Shown here one piece after another: positions 27,052 to 40,963 of a stretch of DNA of 64,000 nt; positions within the stretch are counted from its first letter, which is position 1; the number at the start of each line of letters is the position of its first letter. A program made the position numbers and the translations under genes. Origin of the DNA: Octopus vulgaris. Lineage: Eukaryota. Under the pieces are notes generated by a model that did no database searches, was not told the origin of the DNA, and was given only the letters and a program-made list of their open reading frames with translations. The DNA lies in NCBI GenBank assembly GCA_951406725.2, contig OX597838.1, positions 682,001-746,000 on the forward strand, read 5' to 3'.

Positions 27052-30000
27052 ACATGTACATCAATATACATACATATATACATTAATATACATACAGATA
27101 TATATTAATATGCATACACATATACATTATGATACATACAGATATACACTGACATACATTAATATACATACATATATAAACTTACACAATCATTTTCTCC
27201 CAAAGTGAATACTTTTAATTTCTTTAATTTTTGTCTCTCATTAAGAAACAAAAGAAGAAAAAAAAGACACGGAAAGAAATAAGCTGAGAGTAGAACAACA
27301 ATATCAAATGGTTTTTTTTAAAGTGGGAATTGTGGGAAGGTGAAGTGTAAGAAAGTTGTCGAGACATGGCGAAGAGACATAGGAGAGCAAGGTCAAGGTC
27401 AGCTGTTTTATCTGTAGACAACATGCCAGAGGTGATTGTAGACTGTCAAACAGTAATGAAGAGAAACTTCCGCCAGATGGCCTCGTTATGGCTGCAAAGG
27501 CAACGTTCACCAGAACCGCCATATTGTAAAGTGGTTTAGTTCGTATTTGAATGGAAGATGTGTCACGTGTAGTCATCTCACGCACTCCCTACTTAATAGT
27601 TATCTGTGGATGATATTCATGTCTGGAGCTGATTCTGTGACAGTGTGTTAACTGCTGTTGTTGTTGTTGTTATTGTTTAAGCCTGAGTCGACTCTAAACG
27701 TGCCTCGCTGCCATCAAAGACAATCTTAGTAGTTCCCTAGTTTGGGAAATATGTCAGACCATCGACAATATGGCTGCCAACAAAAGTTATGTTACGGTAG
27801 AGTGTCACTTGTGTAAAACTGAGATTATTCAAGCGATAGACAGCCACTCCCTCTAGCGGTGGGTGGTTCTTAAAATCTAAGAAGACAACAGACAAGGGTG
27901 ATAACTCTATTAAAATCAGTTAATTGAAACATTTAGATAAGAGTTCCTTCAAGACCAGATCCATTTTTTTCCTGTAAACAATGAGGGACTTCGAATTGTA
28001 TGCCTTTTAAGACGATAGGGTCGGATGTGAGGGATATTTGCCTACTATTTCTAACAGTTTGATGTGGTAATTGTTGTTAACGCTGCCGTTGCTGTTGTTG
28101 TTGTTGTTGTCATCGTCATTGATGGTGATGGTTGGTCGTGGTTGAAGTATCGTCAATATGTTGTGAGTTCTGTGAATGACTAAGGACGGAGATCGTTCTC
28201 AGGCAGAAATATCAGGGTGACGTCCCTTACGTTGTAAGGTGTGTCTCGTAACAAAACTTCAGCTACAAAACTACTGCCAGCAGGGACTTCACCAGCGGGG
28301 CCAACAGGTAGCCTTTCACCAGCAGGTAACCAACAGACAACTCATGGACAACTCATGACCCCCATACAACTGTGCAGGCTCTTCCCTTTTATTTCCAACG
28401 TCACCATGGTCAGACCGAGGCTGACAACACGCGCGCGCGAATGCACATTCACATAAACACACTTTCACACACACACACACACATACACACACTCACAAAT
28501 GCACACTCACACACATTCACACATACGTAGATGTAAACACCCACACATACATACACAACATTTAAAAAGAAAAACAACGACACACAGACAGACAATAAGT
28601 GTAAAATCAGAACAATGGACCAATTAAACTTTAAACTCTTTTATTATAATGGAGTTAATGGTGATGGAGAGGAGTTAATGACGGTGGTGGTGGCGGTGGT
28701 GGTAGGGGTGTGAGTGATGGTGGCGGAGTGTTGTGGCTGTGTATGGGGGATGTAGTGGTGGTGTGAGGTGTTGGTGCAAAGTGATGGAGAGTGACAGTGT
28801 GTAGTGGCGATGGCGGTGGTGGTGGTGGTGGTGGTAGTGGCATGTGGTAAACTCCTCCACTTCCCCCCTTATCTATTTCTCCTATTCGGAGCAATCTCTA
28901 CAATCCAGGCCACACTCACACTCCACTCTACACTGTGAGTTCCACTCATACATAAACTCCATTCTTCCTGTCACTCAACAACAAAGAATTCCGCTTCTTT
29001 GACTCAGTCCCCTCCCCCACCACCGTTCCTCTGTCGTTCTCCCATCAGACCCCACCGCCACCCTTCGTTCACGTCCCCCCCCCTTTTGAGGACATCTGTC
29101 TCAATTCACCTGACTCTACAGTCATCGTCTTTAATAATCTCGTCAATCACGACTCCTCATGATTCTCACAATCCTTCCATATTGATGATGCCGTCACAGA
29201 AACCAATTCTTTAACAAACCCCAACTTTATACAGCAACCACTTTCACCCCTTCATCCCCCACCAGACATTCCCATCCTTTAAACCCAAGCTTTACCACTG
29301 TCTCCACACAGACCGCTACATTATAGCCACTACACATCACACATCCACATAATTAGATTTTGTGGAACTTTCAATCAGACGACCAATATCGTTTCTCTAC
29401 CATTTCTGTGTCGGTGATAACCTTTGACCCACCAGAACCAATTAGGTGACGGAAGTCACCCCTTTAGGCATGTAGTCCTCATTCCACATACGACCAAACC
29501 TCACAGCCTCAGCTCCACTGAATCACTCATAGAGGTCACTAGTCCTCTACTAAGCCTTCATTCAGACACTGACCACAAAGCGACTGCGAATTGTCGACAA
29601 TTTCTGTCTCTCTCTGTCACTCTTTCACTAAATCTCACCTTCTCTCTCTCTCTCCTTTCCTCTCCAAAGACATCCTGATCGATGAAAACGTGTTACATTG
29701 TGTCCCATTCCCAAGAAGAGCAACACCCCTCCTCTTAACTCCACCGTTTATTCTCCGATCGTTTTCATTTCCATCAAAACAGACACCCATTATAACAAAC
29801 TCGAATCTCTGTCAATTCTTAAAGGCCACAAATGAGGCTTTCATAAATCGACCGGAACCCCTTTCTCTTCTATCAGCCACCAGTTGGCCCCTACCTTTGT
29901 TCTGGCACGCATATTTTTTCGCCTTTAGGTTCCCTCTCAAATCACCCTAATTCCCTGAATATTGCCTAAATGAACGTACGTATACCACTTCATATGAACT

Positions 30001-30464
30001 CTGAGTAACAACGGGATGATCCATGGAGAGTATCTTGATGAATATGAACTCCACACTAGATACTGAGTACAGTTTAGGTTTGTTTCTGTCAGAAATGTGG
30101 GCATCAGATCTCGCACGTATGCACACACACATACACACACACTAGTAGAAATATAAATAAATACGCACATACATATATACATAACATACACACACACATG
30201 TTTTTATGTTTTGTTTTGGGGAACTGGGTCTCGAAGCACATAAAACTATGAATAATAGCTTGTAAATATCATATTAGATTGAAAACGCTTTTGGATAGTA
30301 AAAGTCCCAACGGCAGACTTCGACTTTTTTCTATCCGGTATTTACAGGCTTTTTATGGCTTTGTGCGGGTAATTCGGGATCCAATTCCGCCTCCCACACA
30401 CATATTTACCAAGAATTATTCCACGTTCTCTCAAAAGTTTATTCATTCTTATGACTACAACAAC

Positions 30465-30530
<66 letters not shown>

Positions 30531-31019
30531 TATATGCTTACAAACGGAGATGCATTTTAAAAACTACTTCATCTAAGTGTCTTACCTCAGTGAAACTACG
30601 CCCCTCCTCGACCCACTTCCAACAAATCCTTAAGCTCACTCCCTCACCATTGCCTCATCATCATTTTTATCATCTTCAAGTGCCGCTCAGGAACTGTTAT
30701 CACGAATCAAATATTCAACACATCCACACACACGCACACACAGACACACACACACACACCATCGTTACGTTGTTGTCTCCGGTATACTAAAAACAAAAGC
30801 CAAAATACCCCTCAAATCACACACGTCGCCATTTTCAACTTTGAGGACATAGGTTAATGTAGTGTCAGATGAACTGTTTCAAAATGAGATGAGTTACTCA
30901 CAGTTGGATTGTCTTTGATCATAGGTTAGCTGCATCAGAACTGATCTGGGGCTAAGCCATAATTCTATACATACATGCATACATACATACATACATACAT
31001 ACATACATACATACATACA

Positions 31020-31050
<31 letters not shown>

Positions 31051-31051
<1 letters not shown>

Positions 31052-31340
31052 AGCCCAAGTCTCTCATAATAAAAAGGAATACTGGTGGAATGTCCCAGTG
31101 AAGACCTCAATGAAATGTAAGCACAACAGACCTGATATGATGATTTGGGATAGAGAAGAGAAACTGCATACAGTTGTGGAAATTAGCTGCCCAATGGATG
31201 TTAACATGGAGCTAAAGATCGGTGAAAAAGAGAACACCTATGCTGAACTTTTGAGAAATCTGCAATTACTCTATCCAGATTACAAGTTCAGGTTTGTACC
31301 TGTAATTATTGGGGCCCCGGGATATATAACACACTGCCAT
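31051..31340 (+). mobile_element. R4/Dong retrotransposon restriction-like endonuclease fragment
   Basis: HNKKEYWWNVPVKTSMKCKHNRPDMMIWDREEKLHTVVEISCP...EKENTYAELL...VPVIIGA contains the RLE PD..(D/E)..P motif; starts directly after (CATA)n. Confidence 0.88.
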
Positions 31341-32065
31341 GGCTATAGTCATTCTGAACGCAGGTAGTAAGACACCAACGCTCAAACTCCATGGCCCACA
31401 ATTATGTCCAGTCCACTATGGACCGACTACATCCGGTTTATATAATGGTGACCCTGATGATCAAAACAACCATATAGAAGGGGTGTAGAATCGGTAGAGC
31501 GTCAGGCAAAATGCTCGCTGCATTCAGTTACAGTCCTGTTGTGAGTTCCAGACTGGCCGAGGCCACCTCAGTCTTTCATCCGTCTTGAGTTGGTGAAACA
31601 AAGAGAAGCAATCAAATACCATCACCACCGCTACCACCACCGTCAGCACCAACACCTTATCATCTTCGCCACCACCACTAACATCTTCCTCATCATCATC
31701 ATCACTACCACCATCAACCATACAACTGATGAGACATTATTGAGCCCTCCTCTACACCCATCCCACCCCAGTCCGTCTGTAAGAGTCATTGAATTAAATT
31801 GTTTTCATGAAAGCCTTTGAGATGGGAACCACTTCAATAAGAAATTCCACAGCGAGACGTGGAGATATGAGAACCAGCAGAACATTGGGTTAGATATATA
31901 CTTTGGTATACTTAGTCACATCTTTATAAAGTCAGAGTTCACATCTCTGTAAGAGCCATCTGCACGTTTAATCCCTTCTGGAAAGATAAAGTGAGGAACA
32001 GAAATACAGATTGAGGTGTGGGGGGCGATTTAGTTAAATCTAATTCTTACAGGTGTGCGTCTTTA

Positions 32066-32139
32066 TATTAGTTGCCATAGCAACGACTGAGTTAATTTAA
32101 ATATGTCTATTAGTTATCATAGCAACGACTAAGCTAATT
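32066..32139. promoter_or_regulatory. Tandem duplication (42-bp period) containing RFX X-box-like palindromes
   Basis: gttgccatagcaac at 32071-32084 and gttatcatagcaac at 32113-32126. Confidence 0.35.
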
Positions 32140-32199
32140 AGTTCCAAGAAGCGAATAGTTGTGACATTGGAGAAATAATTGTTAGATGTTGGCGTCACA

Positions 32200-32407
32200 T
32201 TTTGGCACAAGGCCAGAAATTTCGGGGGAGGCAGAGTTTGTCGATTACTTCGACCCCAGGGCTCGGCTGGTACTTATTTTTATCGACCCCCAATGGGATG
32301 AAAGGCAAAATCAACCTCAGCAGAATTTTAACTCAAAACGTAAAATCGGACGAAACGCCGCTGAACACTTTGTTCGGCGCGCCAACGATTCCGCCAGTTT
32401 TCCGCCT
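32200..32407 (-). mobile_element. tRNA-derived SINE family B, near full length
   Basis: Minus strand: aggcggaaaactggcggaatcgttggcgcgccg (A-box-like) ... gagttaaaattctgc (B-box-like). Other copies at 44641-44850 (-), 52395-52530 (-), and degenerate at 31478-31600, 59355-59500 and 59897-59985 (+). Confidence 0.82.
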
Positions 32408-32895
32408 CAGTTGTTTGATATTGAACTGAGTGAATTTTGAAGGAGTTTTACTGTTATTTCTAGCAGATCTAGTGGTTCCAGAGTGGCGCATTTATTGGTT
32501 CATTGTAGTAATATGTAGAAGGATTTGTAGGGGGTCTATGAATGTTGGGTGGGGAGTGGGGAAGTTGATGGGGGTGGGTGGGAAACTGCAACAAATTTTG
32601 ATGGTCATATTTTGTTGACTAACTTCATGATCGATCTGGAACAGTGAAGACATCGATTTCTGGTTGTAGTTCTGGAACAACATTGGTAGAACAGATCTTT
32701 TTCCGTGGCATGGCAATACCAGGATTTGAACCCAGCTCTACAAGTCATCTAAACCCAATGGATGTGGTTGATACTATTGTGTCCACCTGAGATGAAGGGA
32801 TTTTCAATGTCCCCGCAACATTCAAAACGAACTTATCGTGAACCAGTTTAAATTAAATTAAATAAATATTATAACCGTTATTAATAATATTAATA

Positions 32896-33299
32896 GGCGC
32901 AAGAGTGGCTGTGTGGTAAGTAGCTTGCTTACCAACCACATGGTTCCGGGTTCAGTCCCACTGCGTGGCACCTTGGGTAAGTGTCTTCTACTATAGCCTC
33001 GGGCCTACCAAAGCCTTGTGAGTGGATTTGGGAGACGGAAACTGAAAGAAGCCCGTCGTATATAAGTATATATATACATATATATATGTGTGTGTGTGTG
33101 TGTGTGTCTCCCCCCCCCCAAAATCGCTTGACAACCGATGCTGGTGTGTTTGCGTCCCCGTAACTTAGCGGTTCGGCAAAAGAGACCGATAGAATAAGTG
33201 CTAGGCTTACAAAGAATAAGTCTTGGGGTCTATTTGCTCGATTAAAGGTGGTGCTCCAGCATGGCTGCAGTCAAATGACTGAAACAAGTAAAAGAGTAA
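32896..33299 (+). mobile_element. tRNA-derived SINE family A, full length with internal (TA)/(TG) microsatellite
   Basis: Head ggcgcaagagtggctgtgtggtaag (A box) ... gggttcagtccc (B box); tail gctccagcatggctgcagtcaaatgactgaaacaagtaaaaga; many partial copies in the window. Confidence 0.9.
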
Positions 33300-33510
33300 T
33301 GATAATAATAAGGTGTTAGCAAGTTTACAACTTTCCAGGTAAAACAAAAGCTAAACACAAATTCTACCGGGTTTTTAAATACCATTTGCCATGAATAGAG
33401 CCGTCGCTCCAACACTACCAGTCATTCACCATTAAGAACAAACATATTTTTATCATTATTAATATCATTAATAACGGTAATAATACTTATTTAATTTAAA
33501 TTTATACATA

Positions 33511-33554
<44 letters not shown>

Positions 33555-33589
33555 GGAGGTGAGCGTGCGTGCGTGTATGTTTGTATGTC

Positions 33590-33768
33590 TATGTTTGTCC
33601 CACACCATCGCTTGACAACTGCTGTTGGTGTGTTTACGTCCCCGTAACTTAGTGGTTCGGAAAAATATATCGATAGAATAAGTACTAGGCTTACAAAGAA
33701 TAAGTCCTGGGGTCGATTTGTTCGACTAAACCGGTGCTCCAGTATGGCCGCAGTCAAATGACTGAAAC
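33590..33768 (+). mobile_element. SINE family A 3' half
   Basis: Matches 33120-33285. Confidence 0.85.
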
Positions 33769-33945
33769 TATACACATTTTTTTCTCTCCTTGTTTCTCTC
33801 CTTGTTTTTTTCTGTGTCCCTTTCTGTGGAAGAGCGTAGGCTCGAAACGTAAAAGACTTTTTCTATTCTTGAGTGTTATATTAATACATCTGTTTGTTTT
33901 CTACACCACCTGTCTTCGTCTTTTGTTTTTACCGTGAACTCTCCC

Positions 33946-33949
<4 letters not shown>
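33765..33949 (+). mobile_element. HHR-bearing element family H1, copy 3 (HHR at 33820-33855)
   Basis: cttt-CTGTGGA-A-gagc(gtag)gctc-GAAAC-GTA-aaag, followed by the H1 tail and (TA)n. Confidence 0.85.
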
Positions 33950-34033
<84 letters not shown>

Positions 34034-34057
34034 ATGTATGTATATGTATACATATAC

Positions 34058-34165
34058 ATGTCGGACTTCTTTCAGTTTCCGTTTAACAAATCCACACGCA
34101 AGGCTTTGGTCGGCCCCATGACATTGGGAAGCAGGATGCTTACCACGCAGCCACGCCTGCGCCTA
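34058..34165 (-). mobile_element. SINE family A 5' half, internally deleted
   Basis: cttctttcagtttccgt...accacgcagccacgcctgcgcc is the reverse complement of the SINE A head. Confidence 0.75.
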
Positions 34166-34218
34166 TACACACACACATGATACATATATGTGCGTGAACA
34201 AACGAAACAATGCGGCAC

Positions 34219-34339
34219 TTAATACATTTGACTCAGTTCCATGTCTTAGAGTTTCGTGGGTGCGGAGAAATCGGATCAGATGAGCTCACCGGATTACTCG
34301 AGCCAGGAGTCATAAGCGACTGAGTCAAATCGCTATTAA
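34219..34339. mobile_element. Small inverted-repeat (MITE-like) element
   Basis: ttaatac-atttgactcagt ... actgagtcaaat-cgctattaa: 12-bp perfect inverted repeat with an imperfect extension. Confidence 0.4.
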
Positions 34340-35264
34340 TATATGAATGTACGCATGTATGTATGTATGTATGTATGTATGTATGTATGTATGTATGTAT
34401 GTATGTATGTATGTATGTGTATATATACGTATATGTATGTATGTATGTATATATATATATATATAATAATAAATATTAGGGAATAAATCCAAATTTACAG
34501 GGAAAAAATCAGATTTAGGATTAAATCCAATTTTATAGTAAAATATTATAAAATATTATTAGAGACAAAACCACTATTTTGCAAAACAAACAAGGAAAGA
34601 CTTAATCAATACATAAAATTTTGTATTTTATGTATATATATATATATATATATATACATATATATTGTCACACACATACACATACACTTGTATATGCATA
34701 CACACATGAATATGCGTTCGTGAGTAAATTAAGTTACACACCCACCCACACAAGCAGTTGGTGGTTCACAATTTTCATTCATAACAAAACCATTTCTCGG
34801 CTTCCAACCGGCATCGCAGACTTTGAGAATTTGTCTGGTTTTGTCGTTGTTGTTGTTGTTGATGTTGTTGTTATGGTGACACCGGGGACGGCGGTGGCGG
34901 CGCTGACTGCGCTGCTTGTAGTGTATGCGGTGGTATTGAGGGTGTTGCTTTAGTACAATACGCATGTGGTGGCTGTAGTGGTGGAGGTGGTGGTTGCGGT
35001 GATGGTGGTGGTGGTGGTGGTGGTAAAGGCATGTAACAGTGTTGTGGTAGTATGGTGGCTCTGATGGTGTTGTGAAATTGCAGTGCGGTGCTGCGATGGC
35101 AGCGGTGGCGCTGGTGGTAGTGGTGGCGTTGGTGGCGGTGGTGGTGTTGGTGGTAGTGGTGGCGTTGGTGGCGGTGGTGGTGGTGCTGAGACTGCAGACG
35201 GTGGAATGTCTAACTCAACAGTAAAACAATCCACAGACATAAAGCTTGTATGTAGCAATAGCAT

Positions 35265-35315
<51 letters not shown>

Positions 35316-35565
35316 GGCATTTGTGCGCGCGCAAGTATATATATATATATATATATATAGCTACATTATATACACCCGCACTCATACAAATGTACACATA
35401 CTTGTATACATTCGTGCGATAAAGGAGTAGGTACGTACACACACATACATACATGCATGCATACATACATACTCAGACACACACACATATATATATATGT
35501 ATGTATATAATATGTACAGATATGTATACACACACACACACACACTCGCACAAATATACACACAA

Positions 35566-35630
<65 letters not shown>

Positions 35631-35965
35631 GACAAAAAGCAAGCTCAATTGCACACATGCACGTAGAACTGCAGCTCCATACAGACACATGCATTCTCAC
35701 ATATGCACATATACACGCGCACTACACAAGCACAGACACATACACATACAGAGAGAGTGAGAGAGGGAGAGAGAGAGAGGGAGAGAGAGTGAGTGAGAGA
35801 GAGGGAGAGAGAGAGAGAAGTAAGAGCAGATCATTTTTCGGTAAAATGCCAAAACCATTTGCAGATATCAACAGGAGTTGATGGCTGAAACCGTTACTGA
35901 CTTTGTGACGTCATCTGGTTTAAACTGCTTACTCACTCAGTGGATGTGGATATACAGATATATAT

Positions 35966-36025
<60 letters not shown>

Positions 36026-36114
36026 CGATATAGAAGTGCATATATATATATATATATATGCACTTCTATATCGTATTATATATATATATATATATAAATA
36101 TACATATATATATA

Positions 36115-36325
36115 TAGTTAATCCAAACAAGAAAACACAAAAAAACACAACAACGCGAGAACGTGGAACAAATATACTATTATTGGACGCTCAGGAAAGA
36201 AGGAAAGAAGGAGGGTTTAACGTTTCGAGCGGAGCTCTTCGTCGGAAACATAGGAGAAGGAAAGATCCAGAGAAGGGAAGACAGAGGAAAAAAAATCGCC
36301 AACGGTACACACGCGGTCACATTTT
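36115..36325 (-). mobile_element. HHR-bearing element family H3 between (TA)n and (CA)n
   Basis: Terminus shared with 24550-24635; pyrimidine-rich sense strand with a central HHR, same layout as H1. Confidence 0.8.
36215..36249 (-). ncRNA. Minimal type I hammerhead-like motif, CCGACGA-A core
   Basis: Minus strand: gttt-CCGACGA-A-gagc(tcc)gctc-GAAAC-GTT-aaac. Helix I covaries with H1 (gttt/aaac versus cttt/aaag). Confidence 0.68.
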
Positions 36326-36327
36326 TG

Positions 36328-36400
<73 letters not shown>

Positions 36401-36454
36401 GTTTATATACGATATCGAAGTGCGTATATATGTGTGTGCATGTGTGTATATATA

Positions 36455-36889
36455 TTCTCTTATTCTGTTAATCTCTTATTCTCTTATTTGTTTCAGTCAT
36501 TTGACTGCGGCCACGCTGGAGCACATACTACCCTGATATTATTAATTATTGATAATATTTTTCTGGAAAATTTTCGAAGTAACGCCGGCATTATTTAGTT
36601 TGCAAGCGCGGTGGATTTGAAAAATTATAATATATCAGCATGGGGCACATGCTGGATTGCCTCGTATTTAATCTAGGCGTACCTGTTGATGAAGACTTCG
36701 CCTAGCAAATTATTTTATTTGCTAATATAAAGTCAGAAACCATAGTCCAGGAGATAGATGGTAAATGTTTTTATTTTACATTCCCCTTGAAATTTATCCC
36801 TAATACTGGTTTGGATTTTGGCTATTCCTTCTAGCGTGCCAGGTATCCTATGATTGATACCTCTTATGTGTTTAAATGTACACTGTATT

Positions 36890-36921
<32 letters not shown>

Positions 36922-37112
36922 TGTATGTATGTATGTATATGCATATATATATATATATATATATACGACGGGCTTCTTTCAGTTTCCGTGAACCAAATCC
37001 GCTCACAAGGCTTTGTTCGACGCGAGACTGTAGTAGAAGACACCCTCCACGGTACCACGCAGTGAGATTGAGCCTAGAACCATGTGGTTGGAAAGCAAGC
37101 TTCTTACTAGGC
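36455..37112 (-). mobile_element. SINE family A pieces (tail 36455-36525, head 36966-37112) bracketing an HHR-bearing insert
   Basis: tgtttcagtcatttgactgcggccacgctggagcac and cgacgggcttctttcagtttccgt are reverse complements of SINE A; another tail at 37240-37345. Confidence 0.75.
36682..36751 (+). ncRNA. Type I hammerhead ribozyme with extended helix II (family H4)
   Basis: cctg-TTGATGA-A-gactt[cgcc-tagcaaat(tatttt)atttgcta-atata]aagtc-A-GAAAC-cata-GTC-cagg. Helix I 4 bp, helix II 5+8 bp, GUC site. Confidence 0.75.
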
Positions 37113-37397
37113 AGATGTACACACTCACACACACACACACTCACACATATATACATGTATATATATATTCATATACATATACATACAGAAATACATGTGT
37201 ATATGTGCATGTTCTTATAGATGTATACATATGCATATCTCTTTTCTCTTTCTCTTTTACTTGTTTCAGTCATTTGACTGCGGCCATGCTGGAGCACCGC
37301 CTTTAATTGAGCAACTCAACCCCGGGTCTTATTCTTTGTAATCCCAGTGCATGCATCTACATGTATTTGTATATATATTTATATGTTAATATATATG

Positions 37398-37479
<82 letters not shown>

Positions 37480-38507
37480 CATATAGATATGCACAGAGGC
37501 ACACACACATACACACTCAGACGTATATGTATTCGCTGTAAAAAAACACAAAGAAAAGCTTCAAACATTGGTCAGAAGCAAGACAGCTGCGACATAAGTC
37601 TTTCTATTTGAACTTTTTGAAAATCAATGCAAACTGTGAAACCGGTTAACACTTTAAATATTTTAATAAAAGATTCTAATTATTCTCGGTTCATTTTCAA
37701 CTTCTATTTTTCCTATACACACATACACACACACACACACACTCACACATATACATATATACATATATATATAGAGAAAGAAAGAGGGAGAAAGAGGGAG
37801 GGAGGGAGGGAGGAAGAGACATGGATAAAGAGAGGGAGAATGCGTCAGAGAGGGAGAGGGAGAATGAGAGGGAGATAGCAGAGCCTACTTGGGTCACTAT
37901 TCGGAGTTTCTCGATTCTACTTTTCAGGCGACTCTCTCTCTCTAGCTCTCTCTCTCTCTCTTTCTCTCTGCAGAACAACTGACTGAAACAGGTAAAAGTA
38001 TAACAGAATAAAAGAATACGCACACACACACACACGTGTGGGTGTGTGTATATGTGTATGTATTTATATGCACCCACCTCATGCTTACATAAGAAAGATG
38101 CTGGTGTTGATGATGTTTGCGGCAATTGTGCCGTTGGTGGGTGAAGATGGGTGCGGTGTCTTGATAAAAAAATACCGTCAAGAAAGGAAGCTGCTGCCTC
38201 ACCACAACCCACACCCCGACTGCTCCCCGTCTCCGACCCTACCTTCTGTGCAAAACCCTTCCACCCCACTTATACTACCACCACCTCCCTGTTGATATAG
38301 ATACCTATCTCCACCCCAGCTACTAAATATATCTCCCCACCCTTATTTTCGACATTGACATGGCTCACCTATAACAATCCACACCGGGTACTGTGCCAGC
38401 TGCTGATTTCATTCATACTGTTGTTGGGGAGGTGTTGTGTAATCAGGGAAGAGATTAGGTGAAAATTGAACCCGACGCCTTCCTGCACGCAATGTCAGCA
38501 AACAACC

Positions 38508-38548
<41 letters not shown>

Positions 38549-39243
38549 GCGCGCGCAAATAAATACCACACGCCTGTGTATGTTTTTATGGGGAGAGAAA
38601 ATATTACGTAAGATCAAATGACGTGCTCTGCGTATTTATGAAACGTGCAGGAACACCACATATCCATACACACGCACGCACAGACACACACATACACATA
38701 CACACACACATACACATGTGTATGTGTGTGTGTATGTGTATGTCTTTATGCAAGAAGGATTATGTGGTGTTTATATTAAACTCACATCTGAAACCGCGCT
38801 CTAAAATGTTGTCTGACGTGCTTCTTTATATGAATGACCAGGACAAAAATTTTTTTAAAACCCAGCCTGGTTAGTTTCGGCCTTTTTTTATTGCATCATC
38901 AGAGATCGGTAAGTAATTTCCCCAATTACACAGTTTGTAGTAGGCTGAAGTTATTTGTAATAAAAAAAAAACTCACAACCAAGTTGTTGATAAATTTAAC
39001 ATTACAGTGTATTGATTAGTAAATCAGTCGAATGGTTTTCTTAAATCTTCATTCTAGAGTTGTCGAATGAAATAGCAGAACTTTCCTAAAAATGTCACTG
39101 GTTTAAGGTGGATCTTAACATAGCATTGTCGTAGATATACATACATACATGCATGCATACATACATACATACATACATACATACATACATACATACATAC
39201 ATACATACATACATACATAATACATATTCTATGTATATATATC

Positions 39244-39286
<43 letters not shown>

Positions 39287-39345
39287 CTCTCTCTAACTCA
39301 CTCTCCATATCGCATTCTCTTCTGCTTTCTTCTTCTCCTCCTGCA

Positions 39346-39388
<43 letters not shown>

Positions 39389-39897
39389 TAGTGGGTTGTT
39401 TTAAGTTCTCTTCTTCACAACTCAGCACATAACACTACGATCACCACCACCGCCACCACCATCACCTCACATTTGCCACAACCACTTCCCTCACCACTAT
39501 CCCCACCACCATCACTACCACCACCACCACCACCACCACCAGCACATACAACAATAACAACAACAACACTGTCCCCTCCACCACCGATATAGGCACAAAT
39601 GCTGCTTCCCCTCAATACCCCACCCTTATATGTCCACTACTGACAATCCAACAGATGGACGGCTTCAGATGACATTTTCTGTCAAACCTTGCTAGGTTTC
39701 GGGCGCGGACGCGCGCACACACCCACACCATCACGCACGCACACACACACACGCACGCACATGCACTCTCTCACTCTCTCTTTCTCTTTCTTTGTTTATA
39801 TGCATATTTACACATAAATACGCACACACATATATACACATACATACTACACACACACACATATATCAAGCACACAGTTTCTCTCTTTCTGTATGTC

Positions 39898-39950
<53 letters not shown>

Positions 39951-40963
39951 GCATCATGGCAGCATGTGAAACACTGATTCCAATTTGGGTGAGGACATTG
40001 TAAATAAAATTCAAAATTGGTTAATATTTTTTGAAATATTCCAATCTTTATTTTTTGGTGCCAGCCACACAAAATGGTACCAAAACATTTGTTTTGTTGT
40101 TTGGCAGAATAAGATGAACTTTATATTCCAAACACGTAAATCACTTGGAGCATTTCTTGGAAAAGTATCTTTGACAGATTCTACATATCTTGGAAAAACT
40201 GTGTTTGGATTTGTAAACTACGATAAGAATAACACTGGTCAGCAATATGTAAGATACTAACAGACAGGAAAATGAAAACAAAACACGCGAGTGAAAGGAA
40301 TCAGCAGAATGCTCGTGAAAATGCCGTTTGACCAAGGTTGAAAGGTGGGGGAGGGGGTGCGCAGTCAACAACAGCAGCAGCAACAATGTCCAAGAAGGAA
40401 TAAACTAATAGTGGACAGATGGAGAGGTGACGGGTCGGGGTGAAACGTGTTGCTATGGAAGCAAGATGGGTGGGGTGGGGTGTTGATTAATAGCTGGTTA
40501 CCTTGACAACTTCTCAGAGCTGGATGTTATTTGTGATGCCATTGCAGTGATGGTAGCGGTAGTAGTAGTAGTAGTAGGGGCGACGGCGACGGCGGCGGTG
40601 GTGGTGGTGGTGGTGGTAGTGATAGTCGTGATGGTAAGTACTTCACTCCTCACTTCCCCTGATCCTCCCACCACCAATGATCAGTTGCTGTGTGGAGCGT
40701 AATACTTAACCTCTAAACTCAGTCAAGAAAACGGGATTCACTCTACTTGACCCCCCAAAAGCAATCAAGTGGTCACATTACTGCCGTAGTGATGTCACGT
40801 GACCTGATTGGTCGACATGTCAATGGAGTGGATTAATAACTGACAGGATTTGCTGACCTCGTGCCTCCGACAACGCGACCTACTGACCTCGTGACTTGGT
40901 CACCTCATCACAAAGACTTCACTGAAATTGCAAAATTACAATCGACCTCCAAATTTACTTAAA

